64,000 nt of DNA from an uncultured bacterium (GTDB lineage Bacteria > Verrucomicrobiota > Kiritimatiellia > RFP12 > UBA1067), in assembly GCA_902801025.1 (NCBI GenBank), contig CADCGZ010000028.1:2264-66263 (forward strand), read 5' to 3'. The notes beneath the pieces are model-generated. The model was not told the origin of the DNA and searched no databases. It was given only the letters and a program-made list of their open reading frames with translations. Position 1 is the stretch's first letter. Each line of letters begins with the position of its first letter. This document shows, piece by piece, positions 1-9,039 of this stretch. A program made the position numbers and the translations under genes.

Positions 1-935
1 AGATTGAAAAAGAACGTAAGGTCATTCTTGAGGAAATCAAAATGGATGAAGACGATTCGGTGAACAGGTTTCTCAGGGCGGCGTGCGTGGGACTGTGGCC
101 ACTCCATCCTCTCAGCAAACTGGTTACCGGAACGCCTAAATCCATAGCGCCCATCGACGCCGAATCGCTCAAAGAGTTCCACCGCTCCCGCTACACGTCG
201 CGCGGTGCGATGTTCCTCGCCACCGGGAAGGTTGACCACGACGAAATCGTAGAGCGGGTGCGCCCTGTGTTCGATGCACTCACGCACGCCCCTGAGCCGC
301 GCTACCGTCCTGCGTCCCCGGATTGGCCCATCAGCCCTATGGTAGTCGAGCGCTGCGGCGAGTCTCAGGCGAGATTTATAATCTCGTTTCGCGGAGTGAA
401 GGGTGCCGATCCCCGCAGACATGCGCAGCAGCTTCTTTCGACCATACTCGGCGGCGATTCTAGTTCACGCCTGTTCCGGAGCGTACGTGAACGGCATGGT
501 CTTGCGTATTCGGTCGGAGCTTATTCTAGCTCTTATGAGGATCACGGCGAGTTCTCTGTTTCTGCCGGGGTGTCGGCAGATTCGCTTGAGAAGGCACTTT
601 CGCTCTGTGGCCGCGAACTCAAAGAACTTATACGAAAGCCAGTTGGAAGGCAGGAGTTGGCGTCACGAAGAGATAAGTTTGCAAGTCTGTATGTCTTGAC
701 GAGTGAAGGTGACTGCGAAAGCGAATATGATGTGCTTGACATGTGCCTGAAAGTCTTCAAGAAGATGGTTCCTCCCGAGGAGGAGGAAGCGCGCATTCGG
801 AGCATCTCTGCCGCCGAGTTGCAGTCGCTTGCCGCGGAGATCTTCCGTCCGGAGAACTGCTCGCTGGCGCTGAGCCTTCCGAGAGGCTGCAAGGCGTCGC
901 CGGAGAAGCTCCGCGAGGTGCTGCTCAACGGGTAG
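1..935 (+). CDS. M16-family zinc peptidase (insulinase/pitrilysin-like), C-terminal part; 5' end lies outside the window
   Basis: Reading frame is open from nt 3 (IEKERKVILEEIKMDED...). The sequence looks like an M16 peptidase inactive/C-terminal domain; stop at 933-935. Confidence 0.55.
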   Translation, partial: IEKERKVILEEIKMDEDDSVNRFLRAACVGLWPLHPLSKLVTGTPKSIAPIDAESLKEFHRSRYTSRGAMFLATGKVDHDEIVERVRPVFDALTHAPEPRYRPASPDWPISPMVVERCGESQARFIISFRGVKGADPRRHAQQLLSTILGGDSSSRLFRSVRERHGLAYSVGAYSSSYEDHGEFSVSAGVSADSLEKALSLCGRELKELIRKPVGRQELASRRDKFASLYVLTSEGDCESEYDVLDMCLKVFKKMVPPEEEEARIRSISAAELQSLAAEIFRPENCSLALSLPRGCKASPEKLREVLLNG

Positions 936-1036
936 CAGGCAGAAATGTCGAGAATGGGCATTGTCAGAATTTTGCGGGAGTATTCGTGTAAGATTTTGGA
1001 TTGAAGGGCGAGTATCACATAGAAAGGAACGCAAGT

Positions 1037-2131
1037 ATGAGCATCATGTCAAAGCTGTTTTGTCGCGATGATATTGGAATCGACCTCGGGGCCGCGAACA
1101 TGCGTGTCTGGATTAGTGGCGAGGGGCTTGTGCTGGAAGAGCCGTCGGCTGTCGCGCTGGACATCACCCATGAGGAAGTGAAGGAGCAGGGACAACAGGA
1201 ATCCAAAGACAGCGGCAAACCTCGCGAGCATCGCGTTCTTGCCATTGGTGCGGCGGCAGGTGACATGCTCGGCAAAACGCCTGGCAGTATTGTCGTTATA
1301 CAGCCGATGAAGGGTGGCGTTATATGTGACTACGACATTACCAAGAAACTGCTCCGCTACTGCTTTTCTCATGAAAAAGTCAAGAAAGCCCGCAAGGGCG
1401 GATTCAGGAGACCTCGTGTGGTGTTTGCCGTTCCTTCAGGCATTACGGAGGTCGAGAAACGGGCCTTGGAGGATGCGGCGCAGTCCGCCGGAGCGGGGGA
1501 TGTCTTCCTGATTGAGGCGCCGATGTCGGCCGCGATAGGGGCTGGGCTTCCGGTCTCTGAGCCGGAAGGATGCATGCTCATGGACATCGGCGCCTCGGAA
1601 ACGGAAATGGTGGTTATCTCGCTCGCTGGCATCGTTCACTCCAATGTCCTTCGTGTCGGCGGCAACGAGATGAACAGCGCCATCATGACTTATCTCCGGG
1701 ACAAGTACAGCCTTGTCATCGGCGAGAGGGAGGCGGAGGACATCAAGATCAAGATTGGCACCGCTTGCAGACCGGAGAAGGAACTTGAATATGAAATCAA
1801 GGGCATTGATGCAACTGAAGGTCGCAAACTTGTCGTCAAGATCGATTCCAAAGAAATTCGCGAGGAGGCGCTTGCCGGGTTGCTCGGGCAGCTTGAAGAT
1901 ACGCTGAGGGGGTTTATCACGCGCATTGAACCGGAACTTGCCGCTGACCTTGTGGAGAATGGCATCGTCCTGACGGGCGGTGGTGCGCTGCTGCGTGGGC
2001 TGGGCAAGTATATTGCTGCTGCGACGGGCCTGCCCGTCCGTGTGGCCAACGATCCTGCGCATGCCACCATTGAGGGTTGCGGCGTTGTTATCGGCGAACT
2101 CGAATACCTGTCGAAAGCGAAGAGGCGATAG
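1037..2131 (+). CDS. mreB: Rod shape-determining protein MreB (actin-like ATPase), divergent, with a ~15-aa insertion near the N-terminus
   Basis: IGIDLG..N..V, GRTPG, PMKGGVI.D, FLIEAPMSAAIGAGLPV, GIVLTGGGALLRGL motifs. ATG at 1037 is preceded by an aaagga RBS; the ORF track starts at 1001. Confidence 0.8.
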   Translation: MSIMSKLFCRDDIGIDLGAANMRVWISGEGLVLEEPSAVALDITHEEVKEQGQQESKDSGKPREHRVLAIGAAAGDMLGKTPGSIVVIQPMKGGVICDYDITKKLLRYCFSHEKVKKARKGGFRRPRVVFAVPSGITEVEKRALEDAAQSAGAGDVFLIEAPMSAAIGAGLPVSEPEGCMLMDIGASETEMVVISLAGIVHSNVLRVGGNEMNSAIMTYLRDKYSLVIGEREAEDIKIKIGTACRPEKELEYEIKGIDATEGRKLVVKIDSKEIREEALAGLLGQLEDTLRGFITRIEPELAADLVENGIVLTGGGALLRGLGKYIAAATGLPVRVANDPAHATIEGCGVVIGELEYLSKAKRR

Positions 2132-2169
2132 AATAACAATTTGCGCTGTTCAAGACAAGGAACAAGACT

Positions 2170-2505
2170 ATGAGACTTGGGATGGTAATGTCGATTGGAT
2201 GCTTGATGATTGCAGGCTTGTCGGGGTGTTGCAATTATGCGACGCGTACGGAAGGCAAAGTTGCGCCGTATGCTTGCGCCCCGCATCCATACTATTGCAC
2301 GGCAGAAGTCTGGCAGGATGTGGCATTTACCCGCAAATACGACTGCGGCCTGGCCGCCACATGCGCGTTGATGGTGTGGCCGATAACTGTTGTTGACGAG
2401 GTATGCGAAGTCGCATTTGACACGGTTTTCCTGCCAGTGGATTTGACGTACCTATTTGTGAAGGATGATGGCGAAGGGGAGTCGCCTCCAGCGACAGCGC
2501 TATAA
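2170..2505 (+). CDS. Small cysteine-rich putative lipoprotein
   Basis: N-terminal hydrophobic segment ending in LSGC (lipobox-like); no recognisable domain. Confidence 0.4.
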   Translation: MRLGMVMSIGCLMIAGLSGCCNYATRTEGKVAPYACAPHPYYCTAEVWQDVAFTRKYDCGLAATCALMVWPITVVDEVCEVAFDTVFLPVDLTYLFVKDDGEGESPPATAL

Positions 2506-2693
2506 TTTAATGGTGAATTGACGGAAGTAAGGATTACCATCCTCCTGTCGTCTCCTGTTCTTTGTGGCCTACATCATTCTCAGCTGTTGATTTTTTGGCA
2601 GAGAGTGTGATACAATTCGTCGCGAAATAGGGTGTTGCGCCGGATAAGGGCCTTGCGTGATCCAAACGTGGATTATCGCTGGATTGAATAAAA

Positions 2694-3503
2694 ATGATAA
2701 ACATCGACAGGGAGAAATGCGTAGCGTGCGGCGCGTGTGTGCGCGACTGCATAGTTCACGTTCTGACGGCTGGAGCCGACGGAGTGCCGACCGTCAGGGC
2801 AGAGGATGAACAGTTTTGCATAAACTGTCAGCACTGCCTTGCCGTGTGCGCGCGCGGGGCGGTCACTTGCAATGGCGTCGGATTCGCCGATACGCTTGAT
2901 GTCGAGCCGGTTTCCGACGGCGCTGCGGAGGCGGCGCTCATTCGACAGCGTCGGAGCGTCCGCCACTGGGGGAAGGGGCCGATTCCCGAGGACGTCTGGA
3001 AACGACTTGTTGATACCCTCGCATGGATGCCTACCGGGTGTAACGACCACAAGCTCCATTTCACCGTTGTGCGGGATGCGGAGCGCATGGAGTGGTTTCG
3101 TCGCGAGACGTCGAAGAAGCTGAAGATGCTTGTCCGCACAGGCGTCCTTCAGTTGCTCTATCCCGTGTTTCGCCGCTATGTGGATGAAATCCTGCGCGGC
3201 GATGACATCGTCTTCCGCAATGCGCCCTGCATGATTGTCGCCTCTACGCCCAAGAAGGCGCCTTGCAAGGAGGCGGATCCGTGGATTGCCCTCAGCTATT
3301 TCGATTTGCTGGCGCAGGCAAACGGCCTTGGCACCTGCTGGGGCGGCTTTGCGGTTCACGCCTTCAAGTTATCGAGGGGATTCCAACGCGCCCTGAAGAT
3401 TCCCAAGGGACATTCGGTGGGCGCGGTTCTCCTGTTTGGCCCTCCCGCCTTTAAATACCCCCGCGTAACGCATCCTCGTCCTATGCCGGTGGACATCCTG
3501 TAA
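2694..3503 (+). CDS. 4Fe-4S ferredoxin domain fused to a nitroreductase-family domain
   Basis: CxxCxxCxxxC and CxxCxxC motifs at the N-terminus; nitroreductase-like core (SVRHW...TGCNDHKLHF...GTCWGGF). Confidence 0.7.
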   Translation: MINIDREKCVACGACVRDCIVHVLTAGADGVPTVRAEDEQFCINCQHCLAVCARGAVTCNGVGFADTLDVEPVSDGAAEAALIRQRRSVRHWGKGPIPEDVWKRLVDTLAWMPTGCNDHKLHFTVVRDAERMEWFRRETSKKLKMLVRTGVLQLLYPVFRRYVDEILRGDDIVFRNAPCMIVASTPKKAPCKEADPWIALSYFDLLAQANGLGTCWGGFAVHAFKLSRGFQRALKIPKGHSVGAVLLFGPPAFKYPRVTHPRPMPVDIL

Positions 3504-3587
3504 AGCGCCTTTAGAACAAATACTGCCGAATGCGGTTATTGAAAGGCGTAAAACAATGACACGCTCGCGTTGAATGTGAAGACAATT

Positions 3588-3710
3588 TGTTCCCGAATGG
3601 GAATAAATGAGCGACAAGGTAAGCCAATGTTCAAAAATTTTCCCGAACGGGTAAAATCACTTATCTTGGTGGGTTGGATTGAGTTTTCTTACCCGAACGG
3701 GTAAAATTCT
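3588..3710 (+). promoter_or_regulatory. Three direct repeats cccgaa(t/c)ggg(a/t)aaaat upstream of hipB; candidate HipB operator/promoter
   Basis: ttcccgaatgggaataaat at ~3590, ttcccgaacgggtaaaat at ~3640, tacccgaacgggtaaaat at ~3690, immediately 5' of the HTH gene. Confidence 0.45.
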
Positions 3711-3712
3711 CG

Positions 3713-3970
3713 TTGCGCACTCACATTAATATTTGGTACAATTCCACAATCATGAAAGAAATCAAGTCAACATCAGACCTTGCAAGCATTGTCCGAGCGA
3801 CTCGTAAAAAGCAAGGAATCTCGCAGACTGTCTTGGCACAACTGTCAAATGTTGGGGTCAGATTTGTGTTCGATGTTGAAAATGGCAAGCCAACAGTCCA
3901 GTTTGACAAAGTGCTGTCCATTCTGCGCACGATGGGTGTAACGATGAAGTTTGAACTTCCACCGGAGTGA
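3713..3970 (+). CDS. hipB: XRE-family HTH antitoxin (HipB-like)
   Basis: 85-aa HTH_XRE (QGISQTVLAQLSNVGVRFVFDVENGK); 4 nt upstream of a HipA-like gene. Confidence 0.8.
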   Translation: MRTHINIWYNSTIMKEIKSTSDLASIVRATRKKQGISQTVLAQLSNVGVRFVFDVENGKPTVQFDKVLSILRTMGVTMKFELPPE

Positions 3971-3974
3971 TAGC

Positions 3975-5225
3975 ATGTACGGAGTGCTTAATGTCTATTT
4001 GCTGAACCGGTTTGTCGGCAGGTTCTCGCATGAGTCTGTCGGTGACATATATGCATTTCAATACGACCCAGAATATCTGGCGAATCCAGCGGAGGGTGCG
4101 CTCTCGCATTCCTTGCCGCTGCAGTCGGATGTGTTCGAGTCGGAGGCGGCCTATGGATATTTTGCCAATCTTCTGCCGCCGGCGTACATTCGCAAGAAGC
4201 TCGAGAAGTGTGTGCATATATCTGCAGGAAATGTTTTCGGCTTTCTGCGTGCGCTTGGCGGAGACTGCGCCGGGGCGGTGGCGTTGTACAGAGAAGGCGT
4301 TCGTCCGAATCCGCCGGAGAAGGAGATTCTCCGACCGCTTGAAGAGTCCGAGGCGGTTCGGATACTGAAGTCTCTTCGCATTCGTCCGCTTTATGCGGAT
4401 GGCGAAACTGGATATCGTTATTCAGGCGCCGGTGCCCAGGACAAGCTCATTGCGCGAGTGGCAGAGGGCAAGGTCATTCTTCCGTTGTATGGCACGCCAT
4501 CGACTCATATCGTGAAGCCTGCGACAGGCGATTTCCAGAATTCCGTCGAGAATGAGTGCTTTTGCCAGAAATTGGCGGCTCGCCTTGGGCTGAATTCGTC
4601 GGAATGCGAGATACTGGTTCTGGAGGGGGATCGCTATTTCGTTTCGAAGCGATATGACCGCGCGATGTCGGATGGACGTGTTGCACGCCTTCACCAAGAG
4701 GATTTCTGCCAGATGTTGTCCATTGATCCGGAGCAGAAGTACGAGGAACAGGGCGGGCCTTCTGCCGCCATGTGCATGGAGACGCTTCGAGACGTGAAGG
4801 CTAGTCCTCAGGATCAAATAGCGTTCATTGACGCACTCGTGTACAATTTTCTCGTCGGCAATGCCGACGCGCATGGGAAAAACTATTCGGTTTTGTATCA
4901 TGGCGGACGTGCGTCGTTTTCTCCGCTCTATGATGTGGTTTCGACGGCTGTGTATCCACAGCTCTCGCGGGCGATGGCCATGTCTATCGGCGGCGTGTCT
5001 CGGATTGACGATATCCAAAGGGAATGTTTTTCCCGAATGGCGGAAGAATTCCAGATGTCGCCCAAGTTGGTTCTTTCCAGACTTGACGAGATGGCACGGC
5101 GCATCATGCCTGTCGCTCAGAACCTTGCCGACGAGCTCTCGTTGACGTTCCCATCACCCGTGTACCAAGCGATAATCGACGTGATCGCTGCGCATTCGTC
5201 CCAAGTCGCATCAGATCGCACCTGA
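3975..5225 (+). CDS. hipA: HipA-like serine/threonine kinase toxin
   Basis: HipA N-terminal and C-terminal kinase motifs (AGAQDKL, VGNADAHGKNYSVLY). Preferred start is ATG 3975; the ORF track starts at 3951 overlapping hipB. Confidence 0.8.
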   Translation: MYGVLNVYLLNRFVGRFSHESVGDIYAFQYDPEYLANPAEGALSHSLPLQSDVFESEAAYGYFANLLPPAYIRKKLEKCVHISAGNVFGFLRALGGDCAGAVALYREGVRPNPPEKEILRPLEESEAVRILKSLRIRPLYADGETGYRYSGAGAQDKLIARVAEGKVILPLYGTPSTHIVKPATGDFQNSVENECFCQKLAARLGLNSSECEILVLEGDRYFVSKRYDRAMSDGRVARLHQEDFCQMLSIDPEQKYEEQGGPSAAMCMETLRDVKASPQDQIAFIDALVYNFLVGNADAHGKNYSVLYHGGRASFSPLYDVVSTAVYPQLSRAMAMSIGGVSRIDDIQRECFSRMAEEFQMSPKLVLSRLDEMARRIMPVAQNLADELSLTFPSPVYQAIIDVIAAHSSQVASDRT

Positions 5226-5446
5226 CTTTTCTTCTGTCAGATTCTCCCCGCTCGCCCGTATACTAGCATGCTCATAGCGAGCGTCCTGTCTTCTCCTGTG
5301 GCTCATATCATTCTCGACTGCGAATTTTAGCGATACGGCGCTTTTACATTTTCTGTAATTCCGCTGGAGACATGTCGACAAAATGTGTCGCGGGCATTTT
5401 GGTCGTTACATCGTATTACCCTTTAAAATCAGGCTTTTTCAGGTTT

Positions 5447-5462
5447 TGGCATGGCGTGTGCT
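5447..5462 (+). promoter_or_regulatory. Candidate sigma-54 (-24/-12) promoter for glnN
   Basis: TTGGCATggcgtGTGCT fits TGGCAC-N5-TTGCW spacing (GG...N10...GC), ~60 nt upstream of the glnN ATG. Confidence 0.35.
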
Positions 5463-5520
5463 AATTGTTCGGCGGCGGATGCGATGGACGCGTTCGACAA
5501 ACCAAACAAGGAACAAGACA

Positions 5521-7623
5521 ATGACGGAAGAGACAAAGGCCGCAACCGACTTCGGCGCCGATGTGTTCGGCGAAGAGGCGATCAACAAGTATTTGAGCAA
5601 GGACACGGCGAAGAAGCTCCAGGCGACGATTCGGGAAGGGAAGCCGCTCGATCCGTCGATCGCGGGCGAAGTCGCACATGGCATCCGCCACTGGGCGATG
5701 GATCGCGGCGCGACGCACTACACGCACTGGTTCCTCCCGATGACCGGCTCCACCGCCGAGAAGCACGACTCGTTCTTGGAACTCAAGGACGGCGAGCCGA
5801 TCATGCAGTTCAGCGGCAAGAACCTGATCGTCGGCGAGCCCGACGCATCGTCTTTCCCGTCTGGCGGCATCCGCTCCACCTTCGAGGCGCGCGGCTACAC
5901 CGCGTGGGATCCGACGTCGCCGGCGTTCATCAAGCGCCACTCGAACGGCGCCACCTTGTGCATCCCGACCGCGTTCTGCGCATACACGGGCGAGTCGCTC
6001 GACAAAAAGACGCCGCTTCTCCGCTCGATGCAGGCGCTCGACAAGTCGCTAAAGCGCCTCATGAAGCTCTTTGGGCGCGCCGAAGGCCATGCCGCGTGCA
6101 CGCTCGGCGCGGAGCAGGAATACTTCCTCATCGACAAGGGATACTGGAAGAAGCGTCCCGACCTCGTGCTTACGGGTCGGACGCTCTTCGGTGCTCCGTC
6201 CGCTAAGGGCCAGCAGCTCGAAGACCACTACTTCGGCACGATTCCAGATCGCGTCATTTCCTTCATGAACGACGTCGAGCGCGAGCTCTGGAAGCTCGGC
6301 ATCCCGGCGAAGACGCGCCACAACGAAGTCGCGCCCGCGCAGTTCGAGCTTGCGCCGCAGTTCGAGGAGCTCAACCTCGCGAGTGACCACAACATGCTCG
6401 TGATGGATACCTTGCGGAACGTCGCCGAAAAGCACGGAATGAAGTGCCTTCTCCACGAGAAGCCCTACGCGGGCGTCAACGGCTCTGGTAAGCACAACAA
6501 CTGGTCCGTCGCCTTCGGCGGCAGGAACCTCCTCGACCCGGGCAACGACCCGCACGAGAACGCCGTGTTCCTCACGATGCTCTGCGCCGTCATCGAGGCG
6601 GTAGACAAGCATGCCGACCTCCTTAGGGCCTCCGTCGCTGGTGCGGGCAACGACCACCGTCTCGGCGCAAACGAAGCGCCGCCCGCTGTCATCTCGATCT
6701 ATGTCGGCGACCAGCTCGCGGAAGTGCTCGACCGCATCGAGAATCCAAAGGGCGCGAAGCACGAGGAAAAGGGCTCCCTCAAGATCGGCGTCGACACGCT
6801 CCCCGCGATTCCGAAGGACGCGACCGACCGCAACCGCACTTCGCCTTTCGCGTTCACCGGCAACAAGTTCGAGTTCCGCGCTCCGGGATCGAGCGTCTGC
6901 TGCTCCGGCCCGATGACGGTCCTCAACACAATCGTCGCCGAGGCGGTAGACAGGATTGCCGCCGAGCTCGACGCCGCCAAGGTCGCCGGAAAGGCGAAGC
7001 CGGGCGAGCACACCGCGGCGTTCCACGTGGCTCTCCAGAAGATACTGCAGGCCTCGCTCAAGACGCACAAGCGCGTCGTGTTCAACGGCAACGGCTATGA
7101 GGCCGACTGGCCGAAGGAAGCCGAGAAGCGCGGTCTTCCCAATGCGCCAGACACGCTCTCCGCCCTGGCCGCGCTTTCGAAGAAGGAGAACGTCTCCCTC
7201 TTCGAGAAGTACGGCGTCATGACGAAGCGCGAGCTCAAGAGCCGCCACGAGATATTCCTCGAGGAATACGCCAACAAGGTGCGCATCGAAGGCAACACGG
7301 CGCTCGACATCGCAAAGACGATGATCCTCCCAGCCGTCCGCGCCGAGTATCTCGAGGTTGCGAAGGCCTACAACGAGACGGATTCCAGCAACGTGAAAAT
7401 CGCAATCGACATGCTTCACGGGCAGATGACGGAACTTGGCAGCGGACTCGTAAAGATGAAGGAGGCGATAGACTACTTGCAGGACGCGCTGAAGAACTAC
7501 GACACTGCGGACACCCTTGCGAGGATGGCCGAGCTCAGGAAGATCGCAGACTCGCTCGAGGCGGTCATCACGAGCGAAAAGTGGCCGCTTCCGAAGTACC
7601 GCGAAATGCTGTTCTTGTATTAG
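5521..7623 (+). CDS. glnN: Glutamine synthetase type III (GlnN)
   Basis: ~700 aa; GSIII N-terminal signature (YTHWFLPMTGSTAEKHDSF) and catalytic-domain motifs. The upstream in-frame extension to 5383 was rejected (implausible Arg-rich leader). Confidence 0.85.
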   Translation: MTEETKAATDFGADVFGEEAINKYLSKDTAKKLQATIREGKPLDPSIAGEVAHGIRHWAMDRGATHYTHWFLPMTGSTAEKHDSFLELKDGEPIMQFSGKNLIVGEPDASSFPSGGIRSTFEARGYTAWDPTSPAFIKRHSNGATLCIPTAFCAYTGESLDKKTPLLRSMQALDKSLKRLMKLFGRAEGHAACTLGAEQEYFLIDKGYWKKRPDLVLTGRTLFGAPSAKGQQLEDHYFGTIPDRVISFMNDVERELWKLGIPAKTRHNEVAPAQFELAPQFEELNLASDHNMLVMDTLRNVAEKHGMKCLLHEKPYAGVNGSGKHNNWSVAFGGRNLLDPGNDPHENAVFLTMLCAVIEAVDKHADLLRASVAGAGNDHRLGANEAPPAVISIYVGDQLAEVLDRIENPKGAKHEEKGSLKIGVDTLPAIPKDATDRNRTSPFAFTGNKFEFRAPGSSVCCSGPMTVLNTIVAEAVDRIAAELDAAKVAGKAKPGEHTAAFHVALQKILQASLKTHKRVVFNGNGYEADWPKEAEKRGLPNAPDTLSALAALSKKENVSLFEKYGVMTKRELKSRHEIFLEEYANKVRIEGNTALDIAKTMILPAVRAEYLEVAKAYNETDSSNVKIAIDMLHGQMTELGSGLVKMKEAIDYLQDALKNYDTADTLARMAELRKIADSLEAVITSEKWPLPKYREMLFLY

Positions 7624-7668
7624 GGGTCAGGGGTTAGGAGTCAGGAGTCAGTGAGTAGTGATTAGTGA
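7622..7668 (+). repeat. Family E tandem heptamer repeat (aggagtc)n at the glnN 3' end / purF leader
   Basis: gtattaggggtcaggggttaggagtcaggagtcagtgagtagtgattagtga. Related copies at 9573-9626 and 57611-57650, each immediately after a stop codon and 20-40 nt before the next start. Confidence 0.7.
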
Positions 7669-7674
7669 TATCAA

Positions 7675-9039
7675 ATGACTGATGAACTAAAGCACGAATG
7701 TGCCGTGGCGATGGTGGTCTTGAGAAAGTCCGCCGTCGCCACCGGCGATTTCGGTGGGACAAAGCTTTCGCTCCTTCTCGAAAAACAGCACAATCGCGGG
7801 CAGGACGGCGCGGGCGCGGCAATACTCTCGGCCAATCCCGAACCTGGCGAGACACCGTACTGGATCGCCAAGTCTGCGTCCGCTACACCGCTCACGGATG
7901 TGCTTGGAATGATCGGGAAGAGAAGCAGTGTTCAGACAGGATTTGAAAGGGTCTTTCTCGGTCATCTTCGCTACGCCACGTTCGGGAAAAACGACGTGGC
8001 GTTCTGTCATCCATTCGTGCACGAGTCGAGCGAACTGAATCATACGCTTCTTCTCGCCGGAAACTTCAACCTCACAAACGCCCACGAGCTTTTCGACGAC
8101 TACCGCCACCGCGGTTCATTCCCGACGAGCAAGTCGGACGGCTATCTCATCTGCGAGATTATTGCACAGGCGCTGAAAAATATTAGCCGTGTAGAACATG
8201 TAGAGCATGTAGAATTAGAACCGAATCTACATGATTCTACATGTTCTGCATGGTCAGAATCTGCTTTGTCACGCGCTATCTCCACGGCATTGAAGAACGC
8301 CGACGGCGCATGGACGCTCTGCGGCATGACCGCAGACGGATGGGCGTTTGCGACGCGCGACCCGCACGGCATCAGGCCTGGCTGGCACTACATCGACGAC
8401 GATGTCGTTGTCGTCGCCTCCGAGCGTGCCGCCATACAGGCGGCGTTCGACGTGCCGCCCGAAGCCGTGAAGGAGCTTCCGCCTGGCGAAGCGCTTGTCG
8501 TCTCGCCGGAAGGGGAAGTCAAGTTTGTTGATTTGAACCGTGCAGAACATGTAGAACGTGTAGAAAGCAATACTTCTGATCTACATGTTTCTACATGTTC
8601 TACACGGCTTGAAAAACCACTTGCCCGTCCCTGCTCTTTCGAGCGCATCTACTTCTCCCGTGCGAACGATGCCGACATCCACCGCGAGCGCAAGGCGCTT
8701 GGCGCGGCACTTGTGCCGCGGATCCTCGAGGCCGCCAATGCGCCGATGGACCGCATCTTCTTCAGCTACATTCCCAACTCCGCGCGCATCGCCTTTCATG
8801 GACTTCTGGAAGATTTGTTCAAGAGATGTGTTTCACCGCAGAGCCGCGTTAATAATATCCCGCGCTTTGGAGAGGTGGCGGTGAAGGACGCGAAGTTCCG
8901 CACGTTCATCGCTGACGCTGCGGCAAGGCGCGAGTTCTACAAGCATGTCTACGACGTGACCTACGGGCTCGTCAAGAAGGACGATACGCTCGTCGTGCTC
9001 GACGATTCGATCGTGCGCTTGGGCCGAAGAGAATCGTGA
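7675..9039 (+). CDS. purF: Amidophosphoribosyltransferase (PurF), N-terminal/major part; ends prematurely at a frameshift/deletion inside the PRPP-binding motif
   Basis: Propeptide plus catalytic Cys (MTDELKHECAV..), RGQDGAG, Fe-S ligand CSFERIYFSRAND, VVLDDSIVR then stop. Contains two in-frame family B repeat insertions (8186-8252, 8538-8608). Confidence 0.7.
   Translation: MTDELKHECAVAMVVLRKSAVATGDFGGTKLSLLLEKQHNRGQDGAGAAILSANPEPGETPYWIAKSASATPLTDVLGMIGKRSSVQTGFERVFLGHLRYATFGKNDVAFCHPFVHESSELNHTLLLAGNFNLTNAHELFDDYRHRGSFPTSKSDGYLICEIIAQALKNISRVEHVEHVELEPNLHDSTCSAWSESALSRAISTALKNADGAWTLCGMTADGWAFATRDPHGIRPGWHYIDDDVVVVASERAAIQAAFDVPPEAVKELPPGEALVVSPEGEVKFVDLNRAEHVERVESNTSDLHVSTCSTRLEKPLARPCSFERIYFSRANDADIHRERKALGAALVPRILEAANAPMDRIFFSYIPNSARIAFHGLLEDLFKRCVSPQSRVNNIPRFGEVAVKDAKFRTFIADAAARREFYKHVYDVTYGLVKKDDTLVVLDDSIVRLGRRES
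8186..8252 (+). repeat. Family B palindromic element (gtagaacatgtagaa / ttctacatgttctac arms), copy 1, in frame inside purF
   Basis: Imperfect 66-bp hairpin; translated as SRVEHVEHVELEPNLHDSTCSAW. Confidence 0.75.
8538..8608 (+). repeat. Family B palindromic element, copy 2, in frame inside purF
   Basis: ccgtgcagaacatgtagaacgtgtagaaag...ctacatgtttctacatgttctacacgg; translated NRAEHVERVESNTSDLHVSTCSTRLEKP. Confidence 0.75.

Noticed and set aside
2505-2694. AT-richer intergenic region inspected for a tRNA or small RNA
   Set aside because: No cloverleaf-compatible stems or conserved tRNA boxes (GTTC.A..C / T-loop) recognised. Probably just the promoter region of the ferredoxin-nitroreductase gene.
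5225-5446. hipA-glnN spacer considered as a glutamine riboswitch (glnA RNA motif)
   Set aside because: I cannot match the characteristic E-loop/pseudoknot consensus by eye, and the element would have to sit downstream of the putative sigma-54 TSS. Only a simple palindrome is seen. Left as an open question rather than a call.
5383-5520. Upstream in-frame extension of glnN (start 5383)
   Set aside because: It encodes a basic, non-conserved leader (MCRGHFGRYIVLPF...RRRMRWTR). The GSIII homology begins at Met 5521, which also leaves room for the sigma-54-like promoter.
6049-7419. 456-aa minus-strand ORF antisense to glnN, and similar long minus ORFs 23519..25669, 28851..31304, 36681..37796, 37833..38897, 39223..40383, 43342..44232, 49255..51141, 51730..52743, 52780..54648, 58068..58925, 59091..60338, 61214..62569
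   Set aside because: All lie opposite well-supported + strand genes and have the Arg/Leu/Ala/Val-rich, low-complexity composition typical of antisense frames in GC-rich DNA. None has recognisable domains.
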